A program made the position numbers and the translations under genes. From Octopus vulgaris (taxonomy: Eukaryota), in the NCBI GenBank assembly GCA_951406725.2, contig OX597834.1, positions 1,612,001-1,676,000 on the forward strand: 64,000 bases of DNA. The letters run 5' to 3'. Shown one piece after another: positions 15,960 through 28,679 of the stretch; within the stretch, counting starts at the first letter, position 1; each line of letters opens with the position of its first letter. The notes under the pieces are model-generated. The model saw nothing but the letters and a program-made list of their open reading frames with translations. It was not told where the DNA came from and did not search any database.

Positions 15960-16755
15960 CTGGTGTTGACTTGGAAGGATGGAGTTCTGTTCAACGAAAG
16001 CCGACATCTTGAATGTGAGAATCTTGTGTGAGATGTTGAGACATGCTATTGGTTGGTAATTCTTCGCGGGGTTTACATCATCAGTTTCGGTAGGTTGGTA
16101 GTCCCTTCAATCAGATACTTATGAAACTGATTGAAGCAACTAACACCCTACCGAAATCAGAGAGTCAACGAGATTTTCTTGTACTTTTGTCAAGCTATTT
16201 AGCCATAACTTTGGGATCCAGTCCAGTCCTGGGGTTTTCCATTAGTGAGACTTTCTAAGAACACATCTTAAATCTTCTATTCCTATTGTTTCCCACTTCT
16301 ATTCTTTAATTTCATCCAGGCTCTCTTTCTCACGTTCTATCCTGTCAACTTCAGCGTTATACTTTTTTACGTTGCTCCATATCTTTCTCCAGAACTCTTC
16401 AAGCTTAGGGTTACCTCCATTACCTCCATCTTACTTTTGCCAATAAAACATAAAACGCATTTGCCTCCGTTTTCAATATTTTGTTTTGACGATAAAATTT
16501 CTTTCTTTTACCTTCCTTTCTAAACCGTCAGGTTTTTATCTGTTTCCGTTCGTTCAACACTTCCTCGGTCGCAGCGAGTTTTATAAGATCTTTTATTTAA
16601 TATTTTTGCTTAATTTTTCTACCTTTTCTCGTATTCTCCTCAAGCAAGTTCATCGGCAATTGACACATCCCGTAGATAATCAATCTCCTTTTGTTTTGTT
16701 TTTACTTTCCATTTAGGAGGTCTTTTTCTTTCAAATCTTAATACTTTAGCTGTGG
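15960..16755 (-). pseudogene. RLE-type (R4/Dong-like) LINE fragment: pre-RT region and RT motifs 0-1
   Basis: Minus-strand translation: PPKWK..KEIDYLRD, KRKKFYRQNKI, EEFWRKIWSNVKKYN, LRKSH*WKTPGLDWIPKLWLNSL, IEGTTNLPK, NPAKNYQPIACLNISHKILT. Confidence 0.82.
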
Positions 16756-16873
16756 ATTAGATAAGATCATTTCCTTTATCACTTAAGATCTGTCTTAAAG
16801 CAGCGTTATAAATCATAATTTTGTTTACATTATTTACATCTGACAGATATTTGTCCTCATCTTGTTTATTGTT

Positions 16874-16919
16874 AACACAACGTTTCGGCTGATATACTCT
16901 CCGGCCTTCATCAGGTGTC
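16874..16919 (-). ncRNA. Minimal type-I hammerhead ribozyme motif (Penelope-LTR type)
   Basis: Minus strand: GACAC CUGAUGA A GGCCGG-agaguaua-UCAGCC GAAA CG UU GUGUU. Intact core, stem I GACAC/GUGUU, 6-bp stem II with one mismatch, palindromic loop-less stem III (AACGUU). Confidence 0.75.
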
Positions 16920-17639
16920 TTGGGGAAATTTCGAACCTGGGTCCTCATTTGTCTGAGACTATTCTGCAGGAAGCGGCTGTTTTGAAGGAAGGAACGAACG
17001 AAGAGGCTATGCCGACGGCGCTACGATACCTACGGAATTTGGTAATGATGATGATGGTGGTGGTGGTGGTGGTGGTGGTGGTGGTGGTGGTGGCAGGTAT
17101 GGTAGTGGTAGTTATAAGGATCGCAATCCGCACATAAGGTTTTAACCTATAATGACGTTGAATGTTGAAATAGCAACGTCTGTGTTTGACAGAAACATTG
17201 GACAGTGGGGATAAAAGGACAACCGGCCGGACGGTCCGTTGGAATGGACATCAGCGAAAACTGTCAGCCATTGATGAAAGCTTTGTGACGGCGATGATGG
17301 CCTCAACACCTGACCTAGGACAATCTAATCCTACCAAATTCTCAGACTGCCACAAATTCCACGAACTCTTCAAACTCTTTTAAGCATTTTAAGCTAAATA
17401 TTAACTTTGATATTCTTTCAATCTTATTTAGTTTAGTTTTATTTTTAAAAATGGTTTTCAAAATATTTTTACTGTTTATATTTTGTTTAGAAATAATTTC
17501 GCCTTATTTTTACGCTGTTACCACGTGGTGTCTTTGAGTTGGTGGCGGTAGTGGCGGTGGTGGAGGTAGTCTTTGGCGCCTTACCAATCCTGGTCGAATC
17601 AAGCTGGAGTATACATAAGCGTATGCATATATTCGAGTG

Positions 17640-17860
17640 TACTGATGGTTTCCCTCTTGTCTTTTTGTGTTTTACCACTTTACAACCGGTGTTGGCGTGA
17701 TTTCGTCTACGTAACTTAGCGATTCGACCACAAGACACCGATAGCATAAATCCCAGACATCGAGAGAACAAGTCCTGAAGGAAATTTTATAAACTCAAAC
17801 CGTTCAAGGCGGTGCCCCAGCATGGCCTCAGTCCAATGACTGAATCAAATAAAAGAATAC
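17640..17860 (+). mobile_element. SINE family B 3' half
   Basis: ACAACCGGTGTTGG..GTAACTTAGCG..AAGGCGGTGCCCCAGCATGGCC.CAGTCCAATGACTGAA..AAAAGAAT. Confidence 0.8.
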
Positions 17861-17914
17861 AGGAATATGTAATGTATAATCCATATAATCCACTTTGTCT
17901 AGGAAACACGTGTT

Positions 17915-18130
17915 ATTTATGAAAAGTATGTTGTATATGGAATGTGCATTCTATCTAAAATATATGCAATATATGAAAAGTACGTGTCGTATATTGAGAA
18001 TATGTCCTGCATGTGAAATGTATGTTATATATGAAATGTAAGCAATATTCGAAATGGATATTATACACAAAATGTGTGTTATATATAAAATGTATGCAAT
18101 ATGTATGATTTATGTGAAATATATAATGAT
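17915..18130. repeat. Degenerate ~18-bp minisatellite (GAAATGTATGTTATATAT-like)
   Basis: Recurring GAAATGT/AAAATGT at roughly 18-bp spacing. Confidence 0.6.
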
Positions 18131-18232
18131 TCCGCTCATATGTCATAATATGTGACTGCTTTGATCTTAAACCTTACTGATAATGGTGACGAAATCAAAA
18201 TCAAGAACAGTAATTTATTATTATTATTATTA

Positions 18233-18780
18233 TTCAGTAGTTTTATTTTTATAGCGTGCTTTCACTTCACTACCGAGCACAGCTCTGTGTGCCTTGGGTA
18301 TGTGCTGTGATTTGTTGTGATGCTCTGATGGTTATTGTGTGGAAAGTGTTCTGCGTAGGATGTGTGCAGTGCATAGTAGTGCAATTTTCTGTATGTTATA
18401 TGTGTTTGTAAGTCCTGGTGTTTTTGTTATGTATTTGTCTGAATATTTTTTTATCATGCCTAATGCACCTACTATGATAGGAATTGTTTCTGTTTTCAGA
18501 TTCCACATTCTAGTTACCTCTATTTCCAGGTCTTTGTATTTTGAAAGTTTCTCCATTTCTTTTAGAGACACGTTGTCATCTGCCGGTATTGATACATCAA
18601 TTAGAAAGCATTTTTTTCTTCATGATCTCTGACAACTATATCTGGTCTGTTGGCCTTAATTTCCCTATCTGTGTGTATCGGCATATCCCAGAGTATGGTG
18701 CTTTCTCGTTTTCTCTGACCTTTTCCGGTGTGTGCCTATACCATCTTTTTTCTGTTGTTATTCCATAATGTTGGCATAGC
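18233..18780 (-). pseudogene. 5'-truncated RLE-type (R4/Dong-like) LINE 3' end flanked by (TAA)n on both sides
   Basis: Minus strand: CQHYGITTEKRWYRHTPEKV, LWDMPIHTDREIKANRPDIVV, CFLIDVSIPADDNVSLKEMEKLSKYKDLEIEV, PIIVGALG, IQKIALLCTAHILRRTL*. (TTA)n at 18215-18232 and 18781-18808. Confidence 0.92.
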
Positions 18781-19041
<261 letters not shown>

Positions 19042-19344
19042 GTTATTTAAACCAAACAAGAAATCTAAGGCACGTTAACAAAGCCTGAAGCCATAAAAAT
19101 ATTTGTAGTTTGTCCTAATTAATGATGTTTTCTAAATAGTTTAATTACTATTTTTACTGGAACTTTCATGGATGATGGAGGCGGTAGTGGGAGCATGATA
19201 TTTTGCGCGAGTGTTTTTCGATCCTTTTCTTATTATTTTAATGATTGCTGGATTTTAAGTTTGTTACATTTGTTGTTGTTGTTAGCTGTGGATGTCGTGA
19301 TGGCGGGTGATGATGGGTAGCGCTGCTATATTTTTCTGTTATTG

Positions 19345-19751
19345 GGGTGGTGGTGGCGATAGTGGTGATGATAATGGTGGTGAGGGTGTTTGATGTTTGT
19401 GTTTGAAGTTTTGGTTTTGCTGGTGGTGGTGGTGGTGTTGGTGTCGATGGTTGGTAGTGGTGGTGGTGGTGGTGGTGGTGGTGGTGGTGGTGGTGGTGGT
19501 GGTGGTGGTGGTGGTGGTGGTGACAGCGGCTGTGGTGGTGGCGGGGTTTGTGGTGGTGGTGATGGTGATATTGGTGGTGCTACTGTTGTTGGTGGTGCTA
19601 CTGTTGTTGGTGGTGCTACTGTTGTTGGTGGTGCTACTGTTGTTGGTGGTGGTCATGTTGGTGGTTGTTAGTGTAGGAACTGTGATGGTGGTGGTGGTGG
19701 TATTAGTGGTGGGCGTGATGGTTGAACCAGTGCTATTGTTGTTCTTCTTGT

Positions 19752-19783
<32 letters not shown>

Positions 19784-19795
19784 TTGTTGTTACTG
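19345..19795. repeat. (GGT)n/(GTT)n/(GAT)n low-complexity field with 18-bp unit GGTGGTGCTACTGTTGTT x4
   Basis: Directly visible. Confidence 0.9.
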
Positions 19796-20254
19796 CAACG
19801 CCGATGAAAGTGAACTCGAAAGAAGTCACTGTTGACACCTCTCTGTTTATAAACAATAACAAACACACAAAAATAGAAAAAGAAGATAGAAACATTATCA
19901 TTATCTCCCAGAATGCCTTGCGGTAATGCAAATGGTGGCCGTGAGTAGACTATAATCAAATACGGGAGGGGAGAGATGGTGTGTGTCTGTGTCCGTCTAC
20001 GTGTGTGCTTGTGTGTGTCTCATTATGTGTGCGTATGTATTTGTGTACACATAAACGTGTATGGGTGTGTTTGTGTGTTTGTGTTACATGAGTTCGTTGT
20101 TGTTGTTGTTGTGTGTGAATTATATATTATATTGTGTGCTACGTGTTTGTGTGTGTTTGTGTTATTGTTATATTTCAATCCTCCCTCTTATCAATTTGTT
20201 ATCAGTTTATTTTCAAACTAAATTTATTGATAAAATTCATTTTATTTACTTATT

Positions 20255-20326
<72 letters not shown>

Positions 20327-20970
20327 TGACGTAGAAATAATAGAAGGGTCGGGGTGGAGGAGAGGAAAGAGGCGAGAGGCAGTTGTATTATAATTGTTTT
20401 CCTTCTCGTTTTCATGTCATCTTTTTCCATTTCCTTTCTTGCCCTTCTTCTCCTCTTCCTCCTACTCTTCTTCCTCCTTGCGTCATCTTCCTTCTTCTTC
20501 TTCTTCTTCTTCTTCTTCTTCTTCTTCTTCTTCTTCTTCTTCTTCTTCTTCTTCTTCTTCTTCTGCTTCTTCCCCCCCCCCCTATCATTCCTCTAATCAC
20601 CACAGCCTAACATTCAACCAAAATAATTAATGAACTCACTCATTCTTTTCTAAAATATTTACATTTCATGGCTGAATATTTCAACAAAAATTAACAATTC
20701 ATTTAGAGGCGGCGGCGGCGGCGGCGGTGCTGATGCTGCTAACGTCCGTGGTGATGCTTCAGCAAAACAAGGACATTCCATATAATTTCCTCTGCTTTGT
20801 AAGAAGGTGCGTGGTAAGTTATGGAATGGCGGTGGGGAAACAGGAAACGAAAAACGAAAATCGGGTCAGTAAAACTGGAATATGTAAAAGTATGGAGTAC
20901 AAAAACAAAAGCCTGGAATCGAAGGAAAATGGAGAATTTGAGTTGACATCAATAGAAGTAAACAGTCGAA

Positions 20971-22393
20971 GAATTGGTAACAATTGTCATGGAATCACAG
21001 AATTGGTAACAATTGTCATGGAATCACAGAATTGGTAACAATTGTCATGGAATCACAGAATTGGTAACAATTATCATGGAATCACAGAATTGGTAACAAT
21101 TGTCATGGAATCACAGAATTGGTAACAATTATCATGGAATCACAGAATTGGTAACAATTATCATGGAATCACAGAATTGGTAACAATTGTCATGGAATCA
21201 CAGAATTGGTAACAATTATCATGGAATCACAGAATTGGTAACAATTATCATGGAATCACAGAATTGGTAACAATTGTCATGGAATCACAGAATTGGTAAC
21301 ATATTATCATGGAATCACAGAATTGGTAACAATTATCATGGAATCACAGAATTGGTAACAATTGTCATGGAATCACAGAATTGGTAACAATTGTCATGGA
21401 ATCACAGAATTGGTAACAATTATCATGGAATCACAGAATTGGTAACAATTGTCATGGAATCACAGAATTGGTAACAATTATCATGGAATCACAGAATTGG
21501 TAACAATTATCATGGAATCACAGAATTGGTAACAATTGTCATGGAATCACAGAATTGGTAACAATTATCATGGAATCACAGAATTGGTAACAATTATCAT
21601 GGAATCACAGAATTGGTAACAATTGTCATGGAATCACAGAATTGGTAACAATTATCATGGAATCACAGAATTAGTAACAATTGTCATGGAATCACAGAAT
21701 TGGTAACAATTGTCATGGAATCACAGAATTGGTAACAATTATCATGGAATCACAGAATTGGTAACAATTATCATGGAATCACAGAATTGGTAACAATTGT
21801 CATGGAATCACAGAATTGGTAACAATTATCATGGAATCACAGAATTAGTAACAATTGTCATGGAATCACAGAATTGGTAACAATTATCATGGAATCACAG
21901 AATTGGTAACAATTGTCATGGAATCACTGAATTGGTAACATCATGGAATCACAGAATTGGTAACAATTATCATGGAATCACAGAATTGGTAACAATTGTC
22001 ATGGAATCACAGAATTGGTAACAATTGTCATGGAATCACAGAATTGGTAACAATTATCATGGAATCACAGAATTGGTAACAATTGTCATGGAATCACAGA
22101 ATTGGTAACAATTATCATGGAATCACAGAATTGGTAACAATTGGTAACAATTATCATGGAATCACAGAATTGGTAACAATTGTCATGGATAGAATTGGAA
22201 CAATTTCATGGAATCACAGAATTGGTAACAATGGTAAATGTCATATCACAGAATTTATTTCATGGAATCACAGAATTGGTAACAATTGTCATGGAATCAC
22301 AGAATTGGTAACAATTATCATGGAATCACAGAATTGGTAACAATTGTCATGGAATCACAAAATTGGTAACAATTGTCATGGAATCACAGAATT
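20971..22393. repeat. 29-bp minisatellite (GAATTGGTAACAATTRTCATGGAATCACA), ~49 units
   Basis: Head-to-tail units with no spacers, two variants at one position, degraded near 22130-22260. Confidence 0.98.
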
Positions 22394-22589
22394 TGTATCG
22401 CTGGTAATAAACAGTCACTATAATATCCCTAAGATTCTTTGGGGGTCCCAATATTTTTCTTGTATTCTACTTCCACTAGGCGTTATCTGACCATTCCATC
22501 GAAGAGGTCTGAAGCAACACACAATAATTAACTACAAACTGTTTTGGATTGCATCCATTCATCGATCCGCCCCTCTTCTGCCCCCACCT

Positions 22590-22810
22590 GTACCCCGCTA
22601 TTCCTGGAAGGGTTTTGTTGTGGTTCGAGTTCGCCGGTACTTCCTCCATAGGGTCCTGTCAGAAGCATCCGTCACTCCACAGATCCGGCTGGATTCCCAA
22701 GCGTGGCCAACCATTCTATTTCTTAGTCTACTCTCAGCTCTCCTGCCGCCTCGCTTGATTTGAAGAATCCACTTTGCGATTCTTTCCTGTAACATGTCCG
22801 TCCGCTGTGA
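22590..22810 (-). pseudogene. Degenerate RTE-like LINE 3' end
   Basis: ASDRTLWRKY resembles the RTE terminal A.DR..WR motif, preceded by a GWPR-like segment. Confidence 0.35.
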
Positions 22811-23249
22811 TTTAAATAGTTCTTTCTAAAGCAGCCATAAGGCCTGCAAGTTGGAATTATAGTTGGTTATATTGAGCCCAGTATATAACTGGTAATTTAT
22901 TTTATGTGACTTCGAAGAGAGCCAAAACAAATGATGCGAAGGTTATCACTTTCTTCAGTTTCATGTTGTGTGTGTATATGTGTATTTGCGAGTGCCGGGG
23001 GCGTATCTGTATGTGTATGTGCGTATACGTATGTATGTGTGTACGCATGCATGCACGTATATATAGATAGATGCATACATACACGCGTACACACACAGAG
23101 ACATAAATATGTGTAGACGTGTATGTGTTTGTATAATTTAAGCACCAATGTAAAATAATCACTGATCGCAATATGATTCAATAAAAATTTGCAAACGTGT
23201 TGCCCCATCCTGGCCGCAGTCTAATGGTGATTCAAACCAATGATAACAA

Positions 23250-23440
23250 CGTCTAGCAAATTTTGGCACAATGCCAGCAGTTTTGAGGGGCAAGGTAAGC
23301 CGATTTCATCAACCCTTCCCCCCCGTGCATGACTGGTAATGACCCCCCTCCCCCCGAAAGGTTGGAAAGCAAAGTCAATCCCGGCGGATTTTGCACTCGG
23401 AAAGTAAAGAGTCGGAAGAAACGCTACTAAGCATTTTGGA
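23250..23440 (-). mobile_element. Degraded SINE family A
   Basis: AAATTTTGGCACAA.GCCAGCA...CCCGAAAGG.TG.AAAGCAAAGTC...AAGCATTTTG. Confidence 0.7.
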
Positions 23441-23929
23441 GACCGATAAATATAATAAAATAATAAATGGGAAAAAAAGCAATTTAATTGTTAAGTGATA
23501 AGACAGGAATATTTGTGTAAAATGTAGGTTGAATATATGTGTGTGTGTATGTATATGTGTATGTATGTATATGTGTGTATGTGTACGTGTGTATGTGTAC
23601 GTGTGTATGTATATGTGTGTATGTATATGTGTGTATGTGTATGTGTGTATGCGTACGTGTATGTATGTATATGTGTGTATGTATATGTGTGTATGTGTAC
23701 GTGTGTATGTGTACGTGTGTATGTATATGTGTGTATGTATATGTGTGTATGTATATGTGTGTATGTATATGTGTGTATGTGTATGTTTGTGTATTTGTGA
23801 GTGTTTTCATCAGTCAAATCTCCGAAATAATCTGAATATTTTTTTCTCAATTAATGAATAAAACATCAACAAGATGGCCGACGGAATATACTTGAGGAAA
23901 AGACGTTGTTTAAATTCCAATACACGAAT

Positions 23930-24035
23930 TGGCGCGAGCTTGGCTGAATGGTTCAGAGGCTGGCCTTGGAAACATTTCGTTTTGGGTTCAGTCCTACCGC
24001 ACGGCATCTTGGGCGAGTGTCTTCACCGATAGCCC
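23930..24035 (+). mobile_element. SINE family B head
   Basis: GGCGCGAGCTTGGCTGAATGGTT...GGGTTCAGTCCTACCGCACGGCATCTTGGGCGAGTGTCTTC. Confidence 0.7.
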
Positions 24036-24451
24036 GGTATGATATTTTAAATTAACTAATTAATTAATTAGTTAATTGATATTGCTTCCATAATTAAAAA
24101 TTATTCATGTTAATCATAATACGAGTCAAAAAAGCAAGGGGAATAACTATTGAATTCAGATTAATTAAGCATTGAATAGTGACATACAACGGAGGATGGT
24201 TCTAATCTTTAGTAATGCGGTGACAACTCTGGTTATCTTTCAGTCTTATAAAACCTCATCAGCGAAACTGTAGAGCAATACTGGTACTCACTACATTCGA
24301 CTTGTTTTCCTCTAATTTATGATATTCAGTCCTTTAAGTTTTTTTTGTCACTCGACATATTATGGATTTGTTGGTCCCTTCTTGTCCTTCTTTCTAGTCC
24401 CTCACACTACCATGGATTCAAACCTTGTTTAGGAGAAAAATGTATTATAAT

Positions 24452-24820
24452 AATAAGAGCACCCAGAGAGCGCAAACCTCTGACAAGGCAACACCAACGT
24501 CCTCTCAACGATTAGCCAGAGATGATTTTTTAAATGAGAATATCCGAAATAAACTCGACTGCTCTCACAAATGAGAATACTAAAAATGAACCCGACCGCT
24601 CTCAAAAATTAAGTTAGAAAAACAGGAAAAATAATCCAAAATCCTTGTCTGGTGGTGGATCGATCCCAAAATCAAATAAGTTCGTGCCAATCACGAGGCT
24701 AAACATCCCTGAAAGTTTCATCCGAGTCCGTCCAGCGGTTCTTGAGATATCTTGACCACAGACAAACAAACAAACGCAACTGAAAATAATACCTCCGCCT
24801 TCATTAAGGCGAAGATAATT
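24452..24820 (-). mobile_element. Non-autonomous Helentron-associated element (HINE/DINE-1-like)
   Basis: Terminal hairpin ACCTCCGCCTT-cat-TAAGGCGAAGAT, adjacent CAGA/CAAA microsatellite, AAGTTTCATCC..TCCGTCCAGCGGTTCTTGAGATA core, and related ACCTCTGACAAGGC near the other end. Confidence 0.7.
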
Positions 24821-24986
24821 GATATTTTAAATCAATTCATTCAAGAACACTCATTCGAATAAAAAACTGTCTATGGTTTTGGCACTGGCAAAGATCATGT
24901 TTGCTCTGCTAGGCTTTAGTTCCAGTTTCGCCACTATGGTCAAACACAAAGTAACTCTAAATCTGATGGGAACATACTGTACCAAG

Positions 24987-25190
24987 TAGGAAGAGGTGTT
25001 GAAAAGTTCCTGGCTTTTGGTAAAAGAAAATACAAGAGGGTCAGTTAATTATGATTCTATTTCCCTCAGATTCACACACTTATTGCAGCAGTTCTTCAGT
25101 TTTTCTGAACTTTGTAAAAGAACTCTGAAGTTTGAACCTCCAACCAGGCCCTTCACGATACCTTTTAAGCGAGGAACTTTTCGTATCAAT
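24987..25190. mobile_element. Mariner-derived MITE
   Basis: Terminal inverted repeats GAAAAGTTCCTGGCTT / AAGCGAGGAACTTTTC around ~170 bp of non-coding DNA. Confidence 0.6.
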
Positions 25191-26224
25191 AAGTTCTCAT
25201 TGCTAGAATTTTAACAATTTCTTCGTACGAAGTTCTACAGTAATTGGAACTGTAAGTTTTAGAAATGTCAAAGGATTTGGGGGATGAGGGTCTAAGCCTG
25301 GTGTGTTGGGGCTGCCCACAAAGGTAGGGTGGCAGTCGGTGAGGGCTAAAATGTTAGAAAGGGAATCTTTCGATGAAGACGTGAATGAATTAAAACTATT
25401 GCTATAGACACAGAAGTAAACAAATCTGGAATATTTGTGGTGTGAAGAAAGACTTTTATGAAAATGGACATATTTAGTAATATTGATATTTCTAAGTCTC
25501 TCTAAAGGAGACTACGGCAGCGGTACTGGATATTAATAGTCATCACCAAACTAATATGGCAGTCCAGACATATTTAGAAAATGTCAGCTTTATGAAGACA
25601 TGCTAAATTAATTCTGTAGATCTGTGCGAGGTCTCAAATCACCAGTAACTGGATTATCCAACAAAATACTAATCCTTCGGGATGAGAACACGAACTCCGA
25701 GAATTCACACCATTTTATCTTTTATATTTTCTTTTACATGTTTCGGTCATTAAAATGCGGCCATGCTGGAGCAGCGCCTTAAAGGGTTTTATTCGAACAA
25801 ATTGACTCAAGTATTTATTTTCCCAAACGTAGCAACCTTATTTGAAAATAATCGAAATATCGACGGCACTGGTGATTGATATTTGTTGATAAAGAAATAT
25901 TTATGTCGTGTTTTATTTAATACTCTCTGATATTTGATTAACAAGTGACTTCGCTATTTTTCTGACACCGATAAAACATTGTATTTTCATGTATCAAAAC
26001 CCTTTCATCGTCGCCAATGTAAGGGACATATATGGGGACATCAAATAAGGATTTACTGACGGGATCAGCAGTTTGAGGGTAAAAATTATATTTTTCAGCT
26101 TTTCGTAAAAGCTCATTTTTCTTTTAATTTTCACTCGAGCCCGGGGACTCGTAAGTCCGGTTACCTGGTCTCTAAGGCCTATAAGTTACCGAGATCACAA
26201 GAAATCCCCGGACGGGACACGATT

Positions 26225-26405
26225 CAAGACCAGCAACTTGGAGGGGGAGGGGTAAATCGTTTACATTGACCTCAATACTTTATTTTATCGACCGAAGAGA
26301 TGGAAGGCAAAGATGACCTCGGTGGTATTTGAACTCGGAATGTAAAAAGCCAGAAGAAACGCCGCTAAGCATTTTGTCCGATGCACTAACGATTCTGCCA
26401 GCACG
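26225..26405 (-). mobile_element. SINE family A
   Basis: TTTTATCGACC...ATTTGAACTC...GCCGCTAAGCATTTTGTCCG.TGCACTAACGATTCTGCCAGC. Confidence 0.8.
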
Positions 26406-26984
26406 TCACACTGGTCAGCTTTCAGGGGCAGCGAAAAGATAAGAATTTCTTTAGGCAACAACTATTTCCATTCCCAGTGACATCATTGACCCAAACAAAG
26501 ATTTTTAACTGCTTGTAATTGAGCGCAAATACCGAAAGAAATGAACCCTGAAAGTTTTTGATGCTCTGTTGTACCACAATAATTCAGAGTAGCAAATATT
26601 TAACAGACGACATACAACTACACCCATTTCATTGTTTTTCTTTTTTTTTTTTTTAATTATCATTGTTTGTTTGTTTTGTCATGCTCTGTGAGTCTACACA
26701 AACAATCTTTGATTGATATTGAAAATAAATTCATTGAGCATTACTCCCAGACGTAAATTGTGTAACTATATGTTTGTTTTTGCATAAATTATCTATATGA
26801 ATAAATTATAATGAATGCATAAATTATGTAAATACAATTTGAAGATTTTAATGTTTCCAAAACTGGTTTTATTAAATTTCTATGAAATTGATATTTTATT
26901 GATAGTTATTTTAAATATCTCAAGGATTTCTTGATAAATCAAAATAACTGACGATGGTAAAAGGCTGAAAACGGATCCTTTATG

Positions 26985-27990
26985 TGGTCACTAGATCTGC
27001 TAAACATAGCAGCTAAACCACGCTTTTACTACTCACCACAATCCTAGAGAAAGAGGAGGACTATGTGATGCTGAAAATTTGATGGAATGGTCACAGTTGG
27101 AATACCTCTGATTATATATCTGATCACTGATGGCCACCCTGAGGTAATCAACAACAACAACAACAACAAATCGATCCAATGTGACCCATTGAGGTAAACT
27201 CCATATAGTTGCTGGATATAACAGCCGATTCTCCCTCGTAACACAGTCTATAGTCTTAAAGAAATGAATGGACACATTAAACAGTGTAGACCAAGACACA
27301 AAAAATCAAAAGACGAGATTGTCACAGCTGGAACGCTTTTGGGCTTAGTAATACTCAATCAAGGCTGACTTGGTGCTAAACAATGACAACAACGGTTTGA
27401 TTAGGGAAGATGCTGGGGAAAAACTGTCTTTGTAATAAACAATAATAAAATCACAGTAATATCATGGGGGATATTTCTAGGAGGTTCCTGTGTGGTAGAT
27501 CAGGCAGCTAAAAAATAGCAGACAAATACCCTTCAATTTGGATCCAGATTGCCTAAAAAGATAGATGATGCATTAGATAATGTAGTCCTAGAAATATTAT
27601 ACCTGAGTCATGATGGTCAAAGTTGGAACGCCTTTGATAGAAGGGCTCATCAGTCAGGGTGATCCTTGGACTTACAGCAACAACGATTTCAGTTTCCTAC
27701 AGTCAACCAGGGAGCCTCTACGTGGTCACTTGATCTGCCAGAAATAACAGCCAGATTTCTCTTAAAGCATATCTATGAAGGTCGATACATCAGCAGTTTA
27801 AGCGCAAACTGCACGAGACACGACGACCAAAGGTGATATGGCCACGGATAAAACGCCTTTGATCATATGCCTGATGAACCAGGCTTGACTGACCTAGGGT
27901 TAAAGAACAGCACTCTGGGAACAACAAAATATTGCGTTGATCATGTGGCTGCTTGACAAGGCTTCACTGACCTGGGGTTAAACAACAAAT
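26985..27990 (+). repeat. Head-to-tail cluster of ~4.5 diverged copies of unclassified repeat family D
   Basis: Module GGTCAC..GATCTGC.A.A.ATAGCAGC ... GATGGTCACAG.TGGAACGCCTTTG ... GACCT.GGG.TAAACAACAAC recurs at about 26985, 27180, 27485, 27720 and 27930 (partial). Confidence 0.75.
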
Positions 27991-28180
27991 GTCACGTGAA
28001 CATAGTGAATGAATGAAAACCGAATGGAACATTTTCAAATTTCGTTATTGTCCTCCTCCTCCTCCTCCTCCTCACCTCATCACTTATTTCGTTCCACTTC
28101 AGTAAATATTGTCTTTAATTAGTTTTCTAATTAAAATACATGGACTAATAAAATACTTCACTTTTTCTCACCTACCTCTA

Positions 28181-28217
<37 letters not shown>

Positions 28218-28427
28218 TGCCCCCCCCTACTTTCTCCCTCTGCATGTTCACATATATGTGTATATGTGCATGTATGTGGGGTGGGGGCTGGGCTGGGTGG
28301 GTGGATGGATGGATATATGTTTGTATGTATGTACATTATTCCTTTTCATTTTTTGTCATTCCCTCACGCTATGTTCCTACATATATATATATGTGTGTGT
28401 GTGTGCGTATGTATATATATATCTTCT

Positions 28428-28467
<40 letters not shown>

Positions 28468-28679
28468 GCACTCACACATACTCAACCACCACCACCCGTC
28501 ATTCCTTCATTATCTGTTCATTAATAAGATTCCAATGAAATAACAAGTGCATCCCCACCGCCACCGCCACCGCCCTTACATGAAATTAATAAAGCTTTCC
28601 TAATTCTAAGCAACAACAACTCTCATAGCTCGTGTATTTCTTCAGTGGTGACCACATAAGGATTTATAGCCTTACCAGT

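Noticed and set aside
16960-17046. Possible exon (CAG/GAAGCG...TTTG/GTAATG)
   Set aside because: Weak splice signals and no recognisable peptide.
19339-19959. Mucin-like Thr-rich or Gly-rich ORFs
   Set aside because: They derive from GGT/GTT microsatellites, with no splice or domain support.
20971-22393. CRISPR-like array (29-bp partly palindromic repeat)
   Set aside because: Units are contiguous with no unique spacers, there are no cas genes, and the context is eukaryotic.
26940-26985. CTGACGA...GAAA motif
   Set aside because: Stems are too weak to distinguish from chance.
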